Positions 1 through 13,819 of a DNA stretch of 64,000 nucleotides are shown piece by piece. Source of the stretch: the human T2T-CHM13v2.0 reference genome, Homo sapiens. The translations under genes and the position numbers were made by a program. Within the stretch, counting starts at the first letter, position 1; each line of letters opens with the position of its first letter. The DNA lies in the NCBI RefSeq assembly GCF_009914755.1, contig NC_060927.1, one strand, 5' to 3'. Under the pieces are notes generated by a model. The model was not told the DNA's origin. It saw only the letters and a program-made list of their open reading frames with translations, and ran no database searches.

Positions 1-1139
1 CAGGGGTAGTTAGAAGGATATGCACGGGAGAGGGAGTGGGAAAGGGTGATAAGCTGTACTGATAAGTGCTTAAATGAATGTCACATACAAGAAGAAAAGA
101 GCAAGAAACAAAGACAAAATAACTACTCATAGAAGAGAGTGCAAGTTGGCTGAATACAAGGAAAATGGCTTATAAAAATGCAATGGAAAAAGATGTCTTG
201 TGAGGCAATTTTCCACTACAGAGGATGGGGACAATTCATGATGCCTAAGGCTCCTCTCAACACGAGAATTGATTTTATTGGTCTCAAATATTGAACAGAG
301 AGGCAGTGTGGAGGTTGAACAGTTCACTGGCCTTGATGTTACAGGCAGGCCCTGTGTCTTAATCTTGGCTCAACCTTTAGGAGTTAGGTCACCTTTAGCA
401 AGTCTCCTGGACTCTCTGGGTCTGCTGCTTCTCTAAAATCGAAATAATATACCCCACATTTACTTTTGGGATTACTGGAAGGCTTTGTAACCACATAAAC
501 ACGTTTCTGTTTCCATGGGATAAGCCAATAAGGCCCCTTAACACAGCCCTCCTGTTTCTTTTTCCTCCTCCTCCCTTCCTACTCTATTTCGGGTTCTGTC
601 TTCCCACACCCAGCTATTCCTAGTACCTTCCCTTACATGCACCTTATCTTACTGCTGCATTACAGAAAAGTCTAAGGATAAACACAAATAGTCTTTTTCC
701 GCCCTAAGGTAGGGCAAAGGGTTAATAGAATCAAGAGGTAAAGTCTGTAAAAACCATTTTTCCACATTTTTTCATCCTGCAATCGCTGTCTATAAAATGA
801 GCCAACTTGCTGAAGGGGACGCCAAGAAATCACAATTTCAGGACTGCCATGAAGAATGAGTATTCAACTCCTTATCAGAGACCTTTAACCCTTATACAAT
901 AATGTATCCATGCAGGTCACCCTACACTGCCTCTACTCTGAAGTCTGCAGCAGAATCACTATTTTTTTTTTAATCACTAATTTTTAAACTGTGGTCTTTA
1001 CGGCTCAGATCTGGGAGTGGACATTGACCTTTCTTATTTAAACCATTGCCCACAGATAACACATAATTTCTAGCCGAATCCTTTAGTCCCAATATCCCCT
1101 CTTTTCACTGCCCTGACTTCCCTCTCAGGTGAGGTTCAG

Positions 1140-1325
1140 GAAGATGGTTATCTAGAGGGCACAGGTTCTGGGTTCAAATTACTTGGGTGCAAACATGAAA
1201 TCCACTACTCTGAGGCTGGGCCTCAACTTATCTGCAAAACGAGGATGATTCGTATCTCAGAGAGTTGAAGATTAAGCAGCTTTAAGTAAACTTCTAAACA
1301 CTTGATCCGGACACAATAAATGGGG
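1140..1325 (+). mobile_element. MIR fragment
   Basis: Degenerate MIR core (CCTCAACTTATCTGCAAAACGAGGATGAT...AATAAATG). Confidence 0.6.
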
Positions 1326-1662
1326 CTACCAGAACTATCTTTCCAGCATTCCCACCTGCAAATGCCTTAGGCGTCTCTGAGAATTTGGTCTCTGAGACCT
1401 TCCAGAGCATCCATAACTTAAACCCTGCTCTGCTGTCGTTCAGGACGTCTCAATAGTAAATGAACCTGCTGGCTCCCAATCCAGCCAAACCAGGAGATAG
1501 GCTGAGGCTTCAGACTGCCTCGCAGATGCTCCATGGCACTTGACGGCAAGAGCTAAAAAGAGGTGATTTAAAACAAGATTTCCTCGGACTTAAAGCTTAA
1601 GTACCGGGTTGCGACCCTACTCTCCGCAGGACATAAGCGGAGGGGCGCGGCCCTAAGGCACA

Positions 1663-1716
1663 CGCCGGAGGGGCGTGGTCATGGGCACCCGCCGGAGGGG
1701 CGTGGTCATGGGCACC
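1663..1716 (+). repeat. 27-bp tandem duplication carrying SP/KLF GC boxes
   Basis: CGCCGGAGGGGCGTGGTCATGGGCACC at 1663-1689 and 1690-1716, with degenerate flanking copies. Confidence 0.9.
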
Positions 1717-2000
1717 CGCGCGCGCCCAGGGGCGTGTCCTTTTCAGCACCCACCGAGGCGCCAGCCCCCTGACGCGCTGCGTGGAATCCAAATCCCACGG
1801 CCGGTGTCGTTACTCTGCGCATGTGTAGCTGCTGGGGGCTGGCCGGAGGAAAGCAGAATTTCAGGGAAAGAACGATCGGGACGGGGAGGACGGGGAGGGC
1901 GGGGCAGAAGACGGAAGAGTTGAAATCAGCTGACTGGGTCTCGTGACAGCCTGGGCGGTGGCGACGCAGGCGTATTAGAGCGCGCTCGCTCAAAGCCTGA

Positions 2001-2235
2001 GCGAAGATGGCGGCCTCCAGAGTGAAACTCTGAGAGGCAGAGGGAGGAGGCGGAGGGGGCGGGGAGGCAGCGCCGCGGCGGCACCAGGAACCCGCGGCAG
2101 CGGAGCTGCAGGGCCCCGGCGGGGGAAAGGGGAAGTGGTGAGGGTGAGGAGGCCGGAGGGCGCCTCATCCCACTCTGGAAGCTGAGCCGGCGGCGGGAGG
2201 AGCTAGGGCTGGAGCCTCTCCAGCCTCCCGCGAAG
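2001..2235 (+). other. DNAJC13: Non-coding exon 1 (5'UTR); start approximate
   Basis: Within CpG island; ends at donor GAAG|GTAAAG (2235/2236); main ATG lies in next exon. Confidence 0.7.
2007..2033 (+). CDS. Candidate upstream ORF MAASRVKL* in TISU/YY1 context
   Basis: GAAG ATG GCG GCC TCC AGA GTG AAA CTC TGA; A at -3, G at +4; requires TSS upstream of 2007. Confidence 0.5.
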   Translation: MAASRVKL

Positions 2236-4409
2236 GTAAAGCCGACTCCGGGCACTGGGCTCTGGGGCTCTGCCTTACTCCCTTCCCACGCCGTGGGGAC
2301 TTTGTGGGGCTCAGGGCAGGGAAAACGGGGTGGTCTTGGCTGCTGCAGCCTGCAGCTGCTAAGGAAGCAGATTACCCTTCCCCCAGGCTGCTGGTCTGGT
2401 TCCTTTCGTTGGACGCCCCCCCGGCTTTGAGTGACATTAGCTCAGGGCGCTGCCCTGTCCAGCCCCACCCCTTTTTTTTGCTTGTTTTATACCTAGTACG
2501 CTCCTCCACTCGCCTTAACATATCCTTACCCCACAGGCTCTTCATTCCCTTGTGGGTTCCGCCCTCGGGATTCCCTTCCAGTCTCCTAGTCTGAGCACCC
2601 TTCCTGCTGGATGCCGGCAACTCTTGTTTCCTTGGGTCAGCGACCCTCCTTCCGAACAAGTCCTGCAGACTGACTTTCTTTGCTTTGTTTCGTTTTGTTA
2701 GGAAATGAGCATCCGCGTCGTCTGTTCTCCAGTACTTTTTCTAAAATCATTTTCTCCCCTAAGGCTTTTCCTTCCTGCAAGGCAGCTTATTCACGTGGCC
2801 TTTCCTCCGCTGCTGTGATTTTATCTTTGAATGTGGCCTTTGGAGTGGGTAAAGTAGGACTTAGACGCTCAGTGAAGTGGCTGTTAATCACTTGATACTT
2901 AACTATGTTTAAGAGTGCCTTCCCTTAAATTTTCTCCTTTTGTAGCGTGTTCCGTTAACCACGTTTGTCTTAAGATTGTTTCCTGTGTCCGTTGCTTAGA
3001 GGGGGGAAAAAAGTAAAGATTTCACCCTAATGTGGCGGTGGTCTCCCAAAGTAATTATTTCTCATTTTCCCTCTGCTTTTCCCTTTTACGTTATTCTGAT
3101 TTCCCTCAAAAAGGAGGTTCTGTACCTGATGCTGTTGCGTCCTCTATGAAGGGCTTTATAGTGTACAGTTATGTTGAGCCTTTTGTAATACAGTGTCTTG
3201 GGGAAAAAAGTAGAAGTTCAGAACCTGCCCCCAGTAATTCTTTCTTACTATATTTTCTTTCTCAGTTTATGGACTTGATAGGTTTCTAGGTTTGAAACTA
3301 CTGCCTGCAGGGAAAATTACAGTGATAAGGTTTTATAATATATTACCAGTACTTTGAGTTTATGGGAGTATGAAACAGAATTTGCCTTAAAAAAATAAAT
3401 TTATAGAAACCACTTGTCAGAAATTCGGTATCCAGAACACAGTTCTTTGATTTTTGGAAAGTACTTTATTGGCTTATCTATCATATAACGTAAAACCTTG
3501 TTCACATTTTGTGTAATGTGAAACGCTTTTTAAGCTACTATATCTCAGACTTGGCTTGTGCTGTTAGTATCACAATGCATTCAGGCAACACACGTCCTTG
3601 TGTAGAAATTATTACATTATACTCCTTGTTTGAAAACAGGAAGTAGAACATATTAAGGGAGGAAAAGAGGAGTCAGAGGATTATTAAGAAATAAGAATGT
3701 AAAGAACCTTAAGGCTAGAGTTCAGTTCATGGAAAATATCAGCATTTGTATTCCACTGAGAGGCAATGAATATTCCTCTTTTTCTAAAGTGGTAGTAATA
3801 AATAGTCTAAAATATATTAATGTTATATATTGTTAACAAGCTTAGTTGTAAACAAAATACTTAAGCTAAAAAATAAAATATTATTAATAAGTGAATGAAT
3901 TGTTTGGAATAATTTAACTTTATCCACAAATAAATAGAAGATGGTTGCCTTGCCCAGGTGGACTGTAACAATACTGGCTTTATTAAATTTGTTAAAAGGT
4001 TGATAGTGGAGTCCGGTTCTCAATAGGTCCCAAATTAGGGTTGAAATTGAAAAGATGTGTTTTAACTAATTTGGCTTCATTCCTCAACCAGTTCTGTTTA
4101 CACAGGTGAATATGAGGTTTCTGCTACACATACCTTTCCCCTGCTTCTGATTGAGGTACTTTAAATTAGTAATTGAAACAAGGCTGTGCAGATAAACTGC
4201 AGCACAAATTTGGTTGCTACAAATAGGTTTTGGCCTAAATGTTCACTGTAAAACATGGCAGTAGTTAAAGGGGAGTTATTAATATTTTGAAAGAGTTCCT
4301 TGAGTCAGTGTTTCTCAACTTTATTAGACCCAATAAAGGCTCCCTTTTTATAAAAAATAATTAGTAACACCTTCTTTGCTATCTTTAGTTTATAAATAAT
4401 GTAACTACC

Positions 4410-5430
4410 TCTGGCTTTGGCCCTGAGACAAAAAAAGAAGCTTTGCTCTCACTTCTGCAACAAAAAAAGACCTACACTACAAATTCATGACTTTTTTGAA
4501 ATCTATTAAAGAGCTGAGTCCACAGAGCAAAACCACTGGCTGAAAATTTGAGAGACAGTGCTTACAGAGAGTAGATGTCAATTTCTGTTTACCGTCTTCA
4601 GACACAACTGGACAAAAAGCATGATGAAAGCTGAATGCACAATCTTGCAAACTCTTATCCACAAACCTCCCTGGGTCTACTAGAAAAGACTGGAAAGAAC
4701 CCTGGGTGAGTCTGCTGTGCAGATTGAGAGGGAGAGGAACAGCAACAGAACTTTTAAGAGGGTCAAGAAACTGCTGTGATTCTTCCCCTCTGCCTCTTCT
4801 ATGGAAAAAAGCTTTAATCTCTGGGGAGAAGGGTATCTCTGTTGGCCCCATTGGTGAACATTCAGGGGGTAGATGAGAAGTGGGAGAGAATCTTATGCCT
4901 GGAGGAGGGGCCCTGAGCCCAAAACTGCAGTCGGGAGTGGTCAACAGAACCGAGAGTGCTGCCCTCCTGAGATTCAGGAACACAGTGTTTGACTTAGACT
5001 TAATCAGAACATCAGACTGTATCCCCCACCCCCAACCCCCTGCCACCAAGCTAAGAAGCTTTCAGTAACAAGTAACCCACAAAATACTACTAGGAAAGGA
5101 ACAAGATTATGCAAAGAGGCACAACACAAAGAATCAAACAGGCATTGCTCTAGTAAACCATCGCCCACCAGAGAGACAAACTGTTCTGCAGATTCATGAA
5201 GGCTGTAATACACTGAGGATAACTATGGCAAAAACAAATCATAAACTAAGTCCAACTCCTAACCAGATTAACACAAACCCTTCACCAAAGGCCTCACAAA
5301 GAACAGGCGTGCTCATTTCCAGTCATAAAAATTACCTCAATCTCTACTCCTACACAACATGTCCAGCTTTTAACCAAAAATTATGAGGCCCATGAAAAAA
5401 ACTCCCAAGAGAAAGAGCAGTCATCATTAT
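4410..5430 (+). mobile_element. Old L1M 5'-region-like fragment
   Basis: A-rich strand bias and resemblance to L1M 5'UTR sequence; by eye only. Confidence 0.4.
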
Positions 5431-5843
5431 ACATTTTTTAAAAAGATAGGAGCTTAAAAAGAACTGTTTTGTACATGTTAAATACTATAATAATGACATT
5501 TTGCCTTGAAAAAGTTTGAGCAAACAATGCAGTGAGCATTGGATGGAGTTATAGTTTCTGAATTACTGTGAAGTAGTAGAAGGAAAAAAAGTTATAAGAT
5601 GGAGTGGAAAATTAGTAACATATATGTGAATGTATGTGGTTCATTGACCACCTGAAGTGTGTGTGTGTATTTTGTGAATTCCTGCATGACTCAGTTGGGT
5701 ACAATTTTCTGCGTTCACTTAGTGTTGGGACAGAATCACTATAAGCAAATGTGACATTTTCATTATGCTCAAATTGTTCAGTAATACACCAATCCTGTTA
5801 AAATTCACATGATCAAGAAAGCATTATAGCAGAATTGACTATA
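5430..5843. mobile_element. TcMar-Tigger fragment
   Basis: Tigger-type terminus CATTATAGCAGAATTGACTA followed by TA. Confidence 0.45.
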
Positions 5844-5935
5844 TGCATTTCAATATGTAAATAGTTAAGTATGATTATACCAAAATACACAAAGGACGTG
5901 TCAGAGGCTTGTATCTTTACATGGAATCATTTTGA

Positions 5936-6329
<394 letters not shown>

Positions 6330-6499
6330 TAATCTCTTAATTTACATTGCAGCCACATTCCTGGAAAAATCTCTGTATATTAAACCCTGCAAAATGTACT
6401 TGGTGAGTTATATATAAAACAATTAGAGTCTGGGATTCATTCATTATAAATAGGTTTTTGCCTACATGACTAACCAACTAAGCATTTGGACTTCTGGAC

Positions 6500-6813
6500 T
6501 TTTTTCTTTTTCCTTTTTTTTTTTCTTTTTTCAGACCTCACTCTGTTGCCCAGGCTGGAATGCAGTGACACGATCATAGCTCACTGTAGCCCTGATCTCC
6601 TGGGCTCAAGCGATCCTCCCACCTTAGCCTCCTTAGTATCTGGAGCCATAGGCACGCCATGCCCAGCTAACTTTTTTTTATTATTATTATTTTTAGTAGA
6701 GACGAGGTCTCACTATGTTGCCCAGGCTAGTCTCAAACTCCTGAGCTCAAGCAATCCTCCCACCTCAGCCTCTCAGAATGCTGGGATTACAGGTGTGAGC
6801 CACCATACCTGGC
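6500..6813 (-). mobile_element. AluJ
   Basis: Poly-T followed by antisense AluJ consensus. Confidence 0.9.
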
Positions 6814-7500
6814 TCACTTGGACACTTGAAAGTCGTATGGTGTGGATGGTACTTATCTTTGGGACTGTAATGTATGTTGAATATCTAGTCTCATCCACTA
6901 AATGCTAGTAGTGCTCCCAGTCATAGTGCCTCAGATGGGATGGCATCCTAGCCCAACCATTACTTTAGTTCAAAATTTTAATCAGTGGTTTTCAACATAT
7001 TTTTTCTGTTTCAGCAGTGTTCACATACCCAGCATATGCCAATTTATAACACTTCTTGTTATGTGGAGTGATTCTTAATCATAGGAACTCCTTTGAGAGT
7101 AACTGAGTTAGATTTCTTTGTAACAAATAGTTTAAACCAACATGGTTATGATCATCTTTGCTAATTTAAGATAGTTACCTGTGCAAAGGTACATTTAGGT
7201 GTGGTTCAGTCAATAAAACCATATAGCTTGCTAGTAATTCTTTTCAGATGCTCTTTATTCAATAGTCGACATATGGGAGTTTTACTTGTACTTTCATGGA
7301 CTACTTGTGAAAAAGAGTGAGCTTTAAAGTCAGTGGAATTTTACAGTTTAAGCACTCAAGTTGCCCTTAGAAGAACACTGCCTAGTCACATATTTAGCAC
7401 ATGCCCAGTGGTAATATCTCTTTGCAATGGATTAATAAGAGTTTGATATTTTGATTATCAGATAGAAAACAAAACCCCTAAAGCAATCCAGAATTATTTT

Positions 7501-7766
7501 AGCTGGGTGCACAATAATCACACGTGTAATCCCAGCACTTGGAAGGCTGAGGCGGGAGGATCACTCGAGGCCAGGAGCTCCAACCTAGCTTGAGCAACCC
7601 CGTCTCATCAAAAAATGAAATAACTAGCTGGCTGTGGTGACGTGTGCTCGGGAGGCTGAGGCAGGAGGATTGCTTGAACCCAGGAGACTGAGATTACAGT
7701 GAGCTATGATTGTGTTGCTGCGTTTCAGTCTGGGTGACAAAGGAAGACCCTGTCTCTTAAAAAAAA
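7501..7766 (+). mobile_element. AluJ (degraded)
   Basis: TGTAATCCCAGCACTT...GACCCTGTCTC + A tail. Confidence 0.85.
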
Positions 7767-10700
7767 TTATTTCGACGCTTTGATTTTTGCCAGCTCTAGT
7801 TGCCACAACTTAATGGAAGGGTTGGTGAGGTTATGAATGGAGGAGATGTTCTCTAATATTTCATGTATTCTGTAATACATTTAAACGCTTATACATGGTG
7901 TTCTCACTTTTATTGTATTCCTTAGTCATCTAAGGCTATGGGGTTTCTCTCCTCAAACTTCTAGTCAAGCTACAGAATGTATTTTGAATGTTTATCAAAT
8001 CTTAGAGCAGATAAGCCATTTTCCCCCCAAATCTTAGCACTAATGGGCTTAATTTTAAAAGTGAAACTTTGCTTTTTTAAGATAATTTGGTAGTGTTCTA
8101 TAAACTGTAAAGCGCCACAGAAGAGGTAGGAATAATAGGGATATTTCAGAACTAAACTAGAAATGTATGTTTTTGCTATTTTGTATTGAGTGAAGGGGAA
8201 ATTGTAGCAAATTAAACTTTTGTCTTTTAATAGTATAAAAAGAACAGTGTTTGGGTTTTCAGGATGCTTTCTGTAAAACTGTCTTCAAGTTGTATGTGTT
8301 AAAAGCTTAGGAAATTTAGTCCCGCATTATGCATTTACTGTAATGATAGGAAAAACAGCAACAAGTTAAAATATGGCTGCTAAAAATTTCTTTTGCCCAT
8401 TTCAGGGCCTGTTTACCATAGTAGAGCATGATTATTAAGTGCCTTAATAAGCTGATAAGCTTAATAAGTTGATAAGCTGAAGACCTTACAGAAATAGTAT
8501 AGTTTGTTCTTGCATAAGCCAGGTTATGCTTCAAAGATAAAATGAAATAGAAATTAGGTCTATAAAGTTACAATAATGTGTATAAACTAAAAATATGTAA
8601 ATGATCAATAGCAATGATTTCAAAGCATTGCTTAAGTGAACATGTTTCTGGAAAGAAAGCTTTCAGGTGAGTATTTTAAGGCATTTTTAAGCTTTGGAAA
8701 GGGAAGGGTCATAGTAATACATCTTTCACAGAAAATTTGAATTTTTTTAACAACAGATAAACTTCTGTTTTGTCAGAAATACAAATTATTCCCCTCAGAT
8801 GAAATGAGCATACATGTGATAGAAATAGAAGAGACAGGTCTCTTTTCAATACTTGATTTATACTGTTGAATAGAAGAGGTCAAAAAAAGTAACTGCTATG
8901 GTAAGTATGCTTGTCCCCTCCTCCCATTAAGTGTTTCTTCAGATTTAGGGGTTGCTTTTGAATTTTTCTTGCCCTGTATTTCATTAATATATACTCAGTT
9001 TGTAATAGAAAGGAATCAAGTTTTTAAAAACAATGGTGGAGATCTCATATTATTTCAGCTACCCTATGGTAGTGAAACTAGTTAAAAGTTGATTATGATG
9101 TGACAGTACAATCACTTCACTTTAAAATATCTGGGCAATTATTTGAAGATATGATTATCAGATGAAATTTGATATTACCGCTGGCTTTTTTTATTCTTCA
9201 ACGACATCTATCTCTGGAGGTATCGGGTTCTTCAGTAAGTTAAGGAAGGCTAAGATGGTAGGTACTAAAATCTTTGTGATGTATTTATGGTTTGTTTTAA
9301 GATTCCTGTTGGTATCATACATATTACACATACTGATTTGTTGTTCATTTAGAAGAAAATGCTTTTACCTGTACTTGAGTCATATATTAAAATGAAGCTA
9401 AAATTTAAAAATAGGGTTAAAGTTCATATGGCAGTTTCCCCCATACACAGCACATTCTATCTAAACAGTTTAGTTGTAGCTATTTAATCTGGGTAAAAAT
9501 GAACATTCTGTTAGCCATTCATATTTTTTACCATTTGTTTGAAACCAAACTAATCTAGTGCTATGATTTACTCAGATTTTGAATCCAGTTACAAACAAAC
9601 CTAGATCCTCAAGAAGCCAATATAAGATATTCTATCTATTACTCTTATTAGTTATTTTTTCAAAGGGTTAGTCTTTCCATGGTTCTCCTTACTACCCCTC
9701 CCTTTTTGGTAAGATATAGCTGTAGGAAGTATTACGTTCATAAATTAGTTCCTATGATGTGAATGTCTGCTACATTTTAAGTGTGGTTTTGGAATGTAGC
9801 ATTGTTTCTGTTGTAGGAGAGTTTGATCAGAAAAGGCAAACTCCACAATTTTCACCCAACATATTGTAAACATTTTCACCTACAGCCAGGTTGAAAGAAC
9901 TTTACATTAGATACCCACATGCCCACCTAAAGGTTTTTACATTAACATTTTACTGTACTTGCTTTATCACAGATCTGTCCATCTTTCCATCAATCCATCT
10001 TATTTTTTATGCATTTCAAAACAAATTCACATTTTTAGTTATTGAGGGCAGAGCTAATGAAAGTAAGTTCCGTTCTTGCATTTTACAGACTCAAAATGGG
10101 AAAATCAGTAGCTTACCTGTTCTCTGCAAGTTGTCATATTTGTGTAAAAATTACTTCCAGTTGATGATGCTAAATACGTGCTTTAAACAGGTGACTAGCC
10201 TGATTAATGCCAATCCTTCTTTCACTAGTGTATTTTTTTCTAAGTGTATTCATTCATCCCTAGTTAAATGAGTGTTCTGCTTGTGTTTTTGCTTAACACA
10301 AGCCATGTGTATATACTTAATTTTGCTGTGTGTGTAAATTTTTTTGCTTATAGCTTGACCGTAATTGGCTTGAGTGTCTGTGGTGTTGAGTCCCTTCATC
10401 TTGCTTTTGTTCTTAGTGTCAACTTGATGTAGGCTTCTTCTCACTGGACTCCCAAATCCTGTGGTTTTCTGTCAAAATTATGTGTCTTCTAAAAGATCAT
10501 TCTCATTTTAACCATAAATGATCTTAAATGGTTTGCCAGTATTACTGCCAGTAATAAATTAGAGAATGCAAGAATATTGTGTTGTTCGAAAGCATGATGC
10601 AGTAGTATTCATTGAGAGAGGTGAATCTAGCCAAAATGCCTGTGTTGCCCTGAATTTGACTTTTTAACCCATAGGACAGTTCTATAAAAAGAACAAACAG

Positions 10701-11550
10701 AAGTTTCTTTGGTGGTGTAATTTAGGATATAGCATGAAAACAAGTGAAGCTGACTCGCAAAAATTGGAGATGCTTTCAATGCAATTTAATTACAAAAGGC
10801 ATGTAAATTTGATTTTTCCTCATCAGAAAGAATCATGGGTCTTTGAGAATTTGAAATATGGAACACAATTGCAGGAATGAAGGAGATGAAATTTAAGTGA
10901 CGTTAGTTTGAGCAGATAAATTCCTGCTATTTCGAATAGCCTCTAAACAACTGGCAGAATGGCAAATGCTAGTGATACAGCTGCTACCAAGATCTCATTC
11001 AAGATCCCATTTAACTGTTTACATTTTTTAGTTGGACAGTTTGTGGTTGTTGATAGCATGTGCTTATATTTGACTGTTACTGATATTACCTGCTTGATAC
11101 TTGAGCTTCTGATACTAGAAATTTTACAGATTTTTTTCATCATAAATAGTGGAAATCAATGGTTGCTTAAGAGTTTTTGCCTATAAGTGATGATTTTTTT
11201 GAATCACTTTTAGAGCTTATTAATGTACAGAGGAAATATTGACTGCAGATTAAATTTATTTTGTGAAGTTTTTTTTTTCTTGAAAGTTTCTCAAGCCATA
11301 GTTAATTTGTAGCCATCAAACATAAATTTAAAAATATTAGGTTGGATACATGTAAGGAAACAGTTCTAACAACTGAAATTTCAAATACCTAAGTGGGGAA
11401 TATTAAAAATGTAGTAAATAAGATTGACTTGTAATAGTATTTTGTAGGAATAAAGTTGAAATAAAAGACAAGCTTAAGTGTTGGGTTATAGTTGACAAGA
11501 TGATTTTTAAAAATTTCATCTATCCTGATTATCTTGGTGTTTATATATAC

Positions 11551-11553
<3 letters not shown>

Positions 11554-11583
<30 letters not shown>

Positions 11584-11613
11584 CGTGTGTGTGTGTGTAT
11601 ATATATATATATA
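11554..11613 (+). repeat. Compound (TG)n/(TA)n microsatellite at Alu tail
   Basis: TG run, then GCAC, TG run, TA run and T run. Confidence 0.95.
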
Positions 11614-11913
11614 TTTTTTTTTTTTTTGAGACAGGGTCTGACTCTGTCTCCCAGGCTCGAGTGCAGTGGCAAGATGAGGGCTCGCTCACTGCAGCCTCAG
11701 CCTCCCAGGCTCAAGTGGTCCTCTGACCTCAGCCCCCCAAGTAGCTGGGACTATAGGCCTGTGCCATGACACCCAGCTAATTTTTTGTATTTTTAGTAGA
11801 GACAGGGTTTTGCCATGTTGCCTGGGCTGGTCTTGAACTCCTGGACTCAAGCGATCTGCCTGCATTGGCCTCCCAAAGTGCTGGGACTACAGGCGTGAGC
11901 CATCGCACCCGGC
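11614..11913 (-). mobile_element. AluJb-like
   Basis: Antisense Alu consensus. Confidence 0.9.
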
Positions 11914-12959
11914 AATATTTTTTTCTTTTTAAAAACGTTTTATGGGAAACATAAATTGTAACAATAAAATAATAATGACAGTAACAATAATAAATGGCAT
12001 CCTCATGTACATCATTCAGTTTAAGAAATATATATTGTTATAGTTATTTTTGAATGGTTAAGTAAAAGTGAATGCTGATTAAATCAATAGAACACTGTAC
12101 TTTTGAAGGTGAACATTCTAGGTGATATCTATTGCATACTAGAGGGATTGAAATTAATAAAAGATTTAGAGAAAATCAAGTAATTTAATAGAATTTCCCC
12201 CCAAAATGCTGTATTAGGTACAAGAGCTGGTAAGTTCTTGAAAATAAGATATAGTAGAATTACCCAAAATAACTTCTTTTTTTGGGTTATCTCATTTAGT
12301 CCTCACCATAGCCCTTCGGGACAGTTATTCCTATTTTATAGACGTACTATAATTCAGATAAATTCAGAAACTTTTGTTCAAAGTCACGCAGCCAGTAAAT
12401 GGCAGTTATAAAAATTCTCCAGCTTTATCTTGGTAATAAATAGATTATTAACATCATTTTAATGGAATGTTAATGTAGCCTGTTGTGCTAGTCTCTAGTT
12501 AACGTATAGCATGTGGAATGGCAGCTCTGTGATCAGTGCCCTAGGGAGGTATTCCAGGGTCTTCCCAGATTGAATGATTCCTGACTACTGTACTTGGAGG
12601 ACCTCTAGACTTGTCTTCACTCATTTGCCAATTATTATCTTGAAATTATTCTACCTCTCACTTTGAATGATACATAGTTGGTACATTTTCTGATCTTTGT
12701 GCATTGCCATTACCTTCATTAGCGAGTTACGTGCGTGTCTAAAAGTATCTTCGTGGTCTAAAAGAGTTAATGCAGTTTCCAGACCACTTGCCATTCATTG
12801 GCTGAAATGACTTTATCAAACAATAGTTAAGATTTTACTGAGAATGTAAAATAGATTTACCTGAAAATGTGGATAGGCTAATATTACACTGCCGGGAAAT
12901 AGATCTCAGCCTCAGATCTCATTTATCTGGTTATCTTATCTTTTTTTCATCTAAAATTT

Positions 12960-13510
<551 letters not shown>

Positions 13511-13819
13511 AAAAAATGTTTTTTAAGCTTATATAAAGAAGGAAATATTTTGAAAGTTTATTTATAGATGATAGAATATTTCAGCTTTGGAGACTTATTT
13601 TTATTTCTTTTGTCCTATGTTGAATATGGTAATTTGTTTTACTGCTTAAAATTGTAGATTTCAAAGTTATTTCTAACAAGTATCATCTGTCCAGATGAAG
13701 ATAATAACCGAAACTAGTTCTGAATTATTCCAGGAATTTGCAGTCAAATGATACATCTGTAATTACATGGTCAGGGTGAAGTTTTTTTTTTTCCTTAAAG
13801 TTGAGGGAAGGTATTAAAG

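Larger units (their letters stand above)
1600..2450. promoter_or_regulatory. CpG-island, TATA-less promoter of DNAJC13
   Basis: Sharp GC/CpG enrichment against AT-rich background; GGGGCG(T/C)G GC boxes 1640-1737; NRF1-like TGCGCATGTG 1816-1825; ETS-like CGGAAG 1912-1917; E-boxes 1926-1947; YY1 AAGATGGCGGC 2004-2014. Confidence 0.9.

Noticed and set aside
1597-2659. ORFs on both strands over the promoter
   Set aside because: Expected in a CpG island; low complexity, no recognisable domains
4477-5049. 190-aa minus-strand ORF
   Set aside because: Lies in old L1-like sequence; no recognisable protein features or splice context
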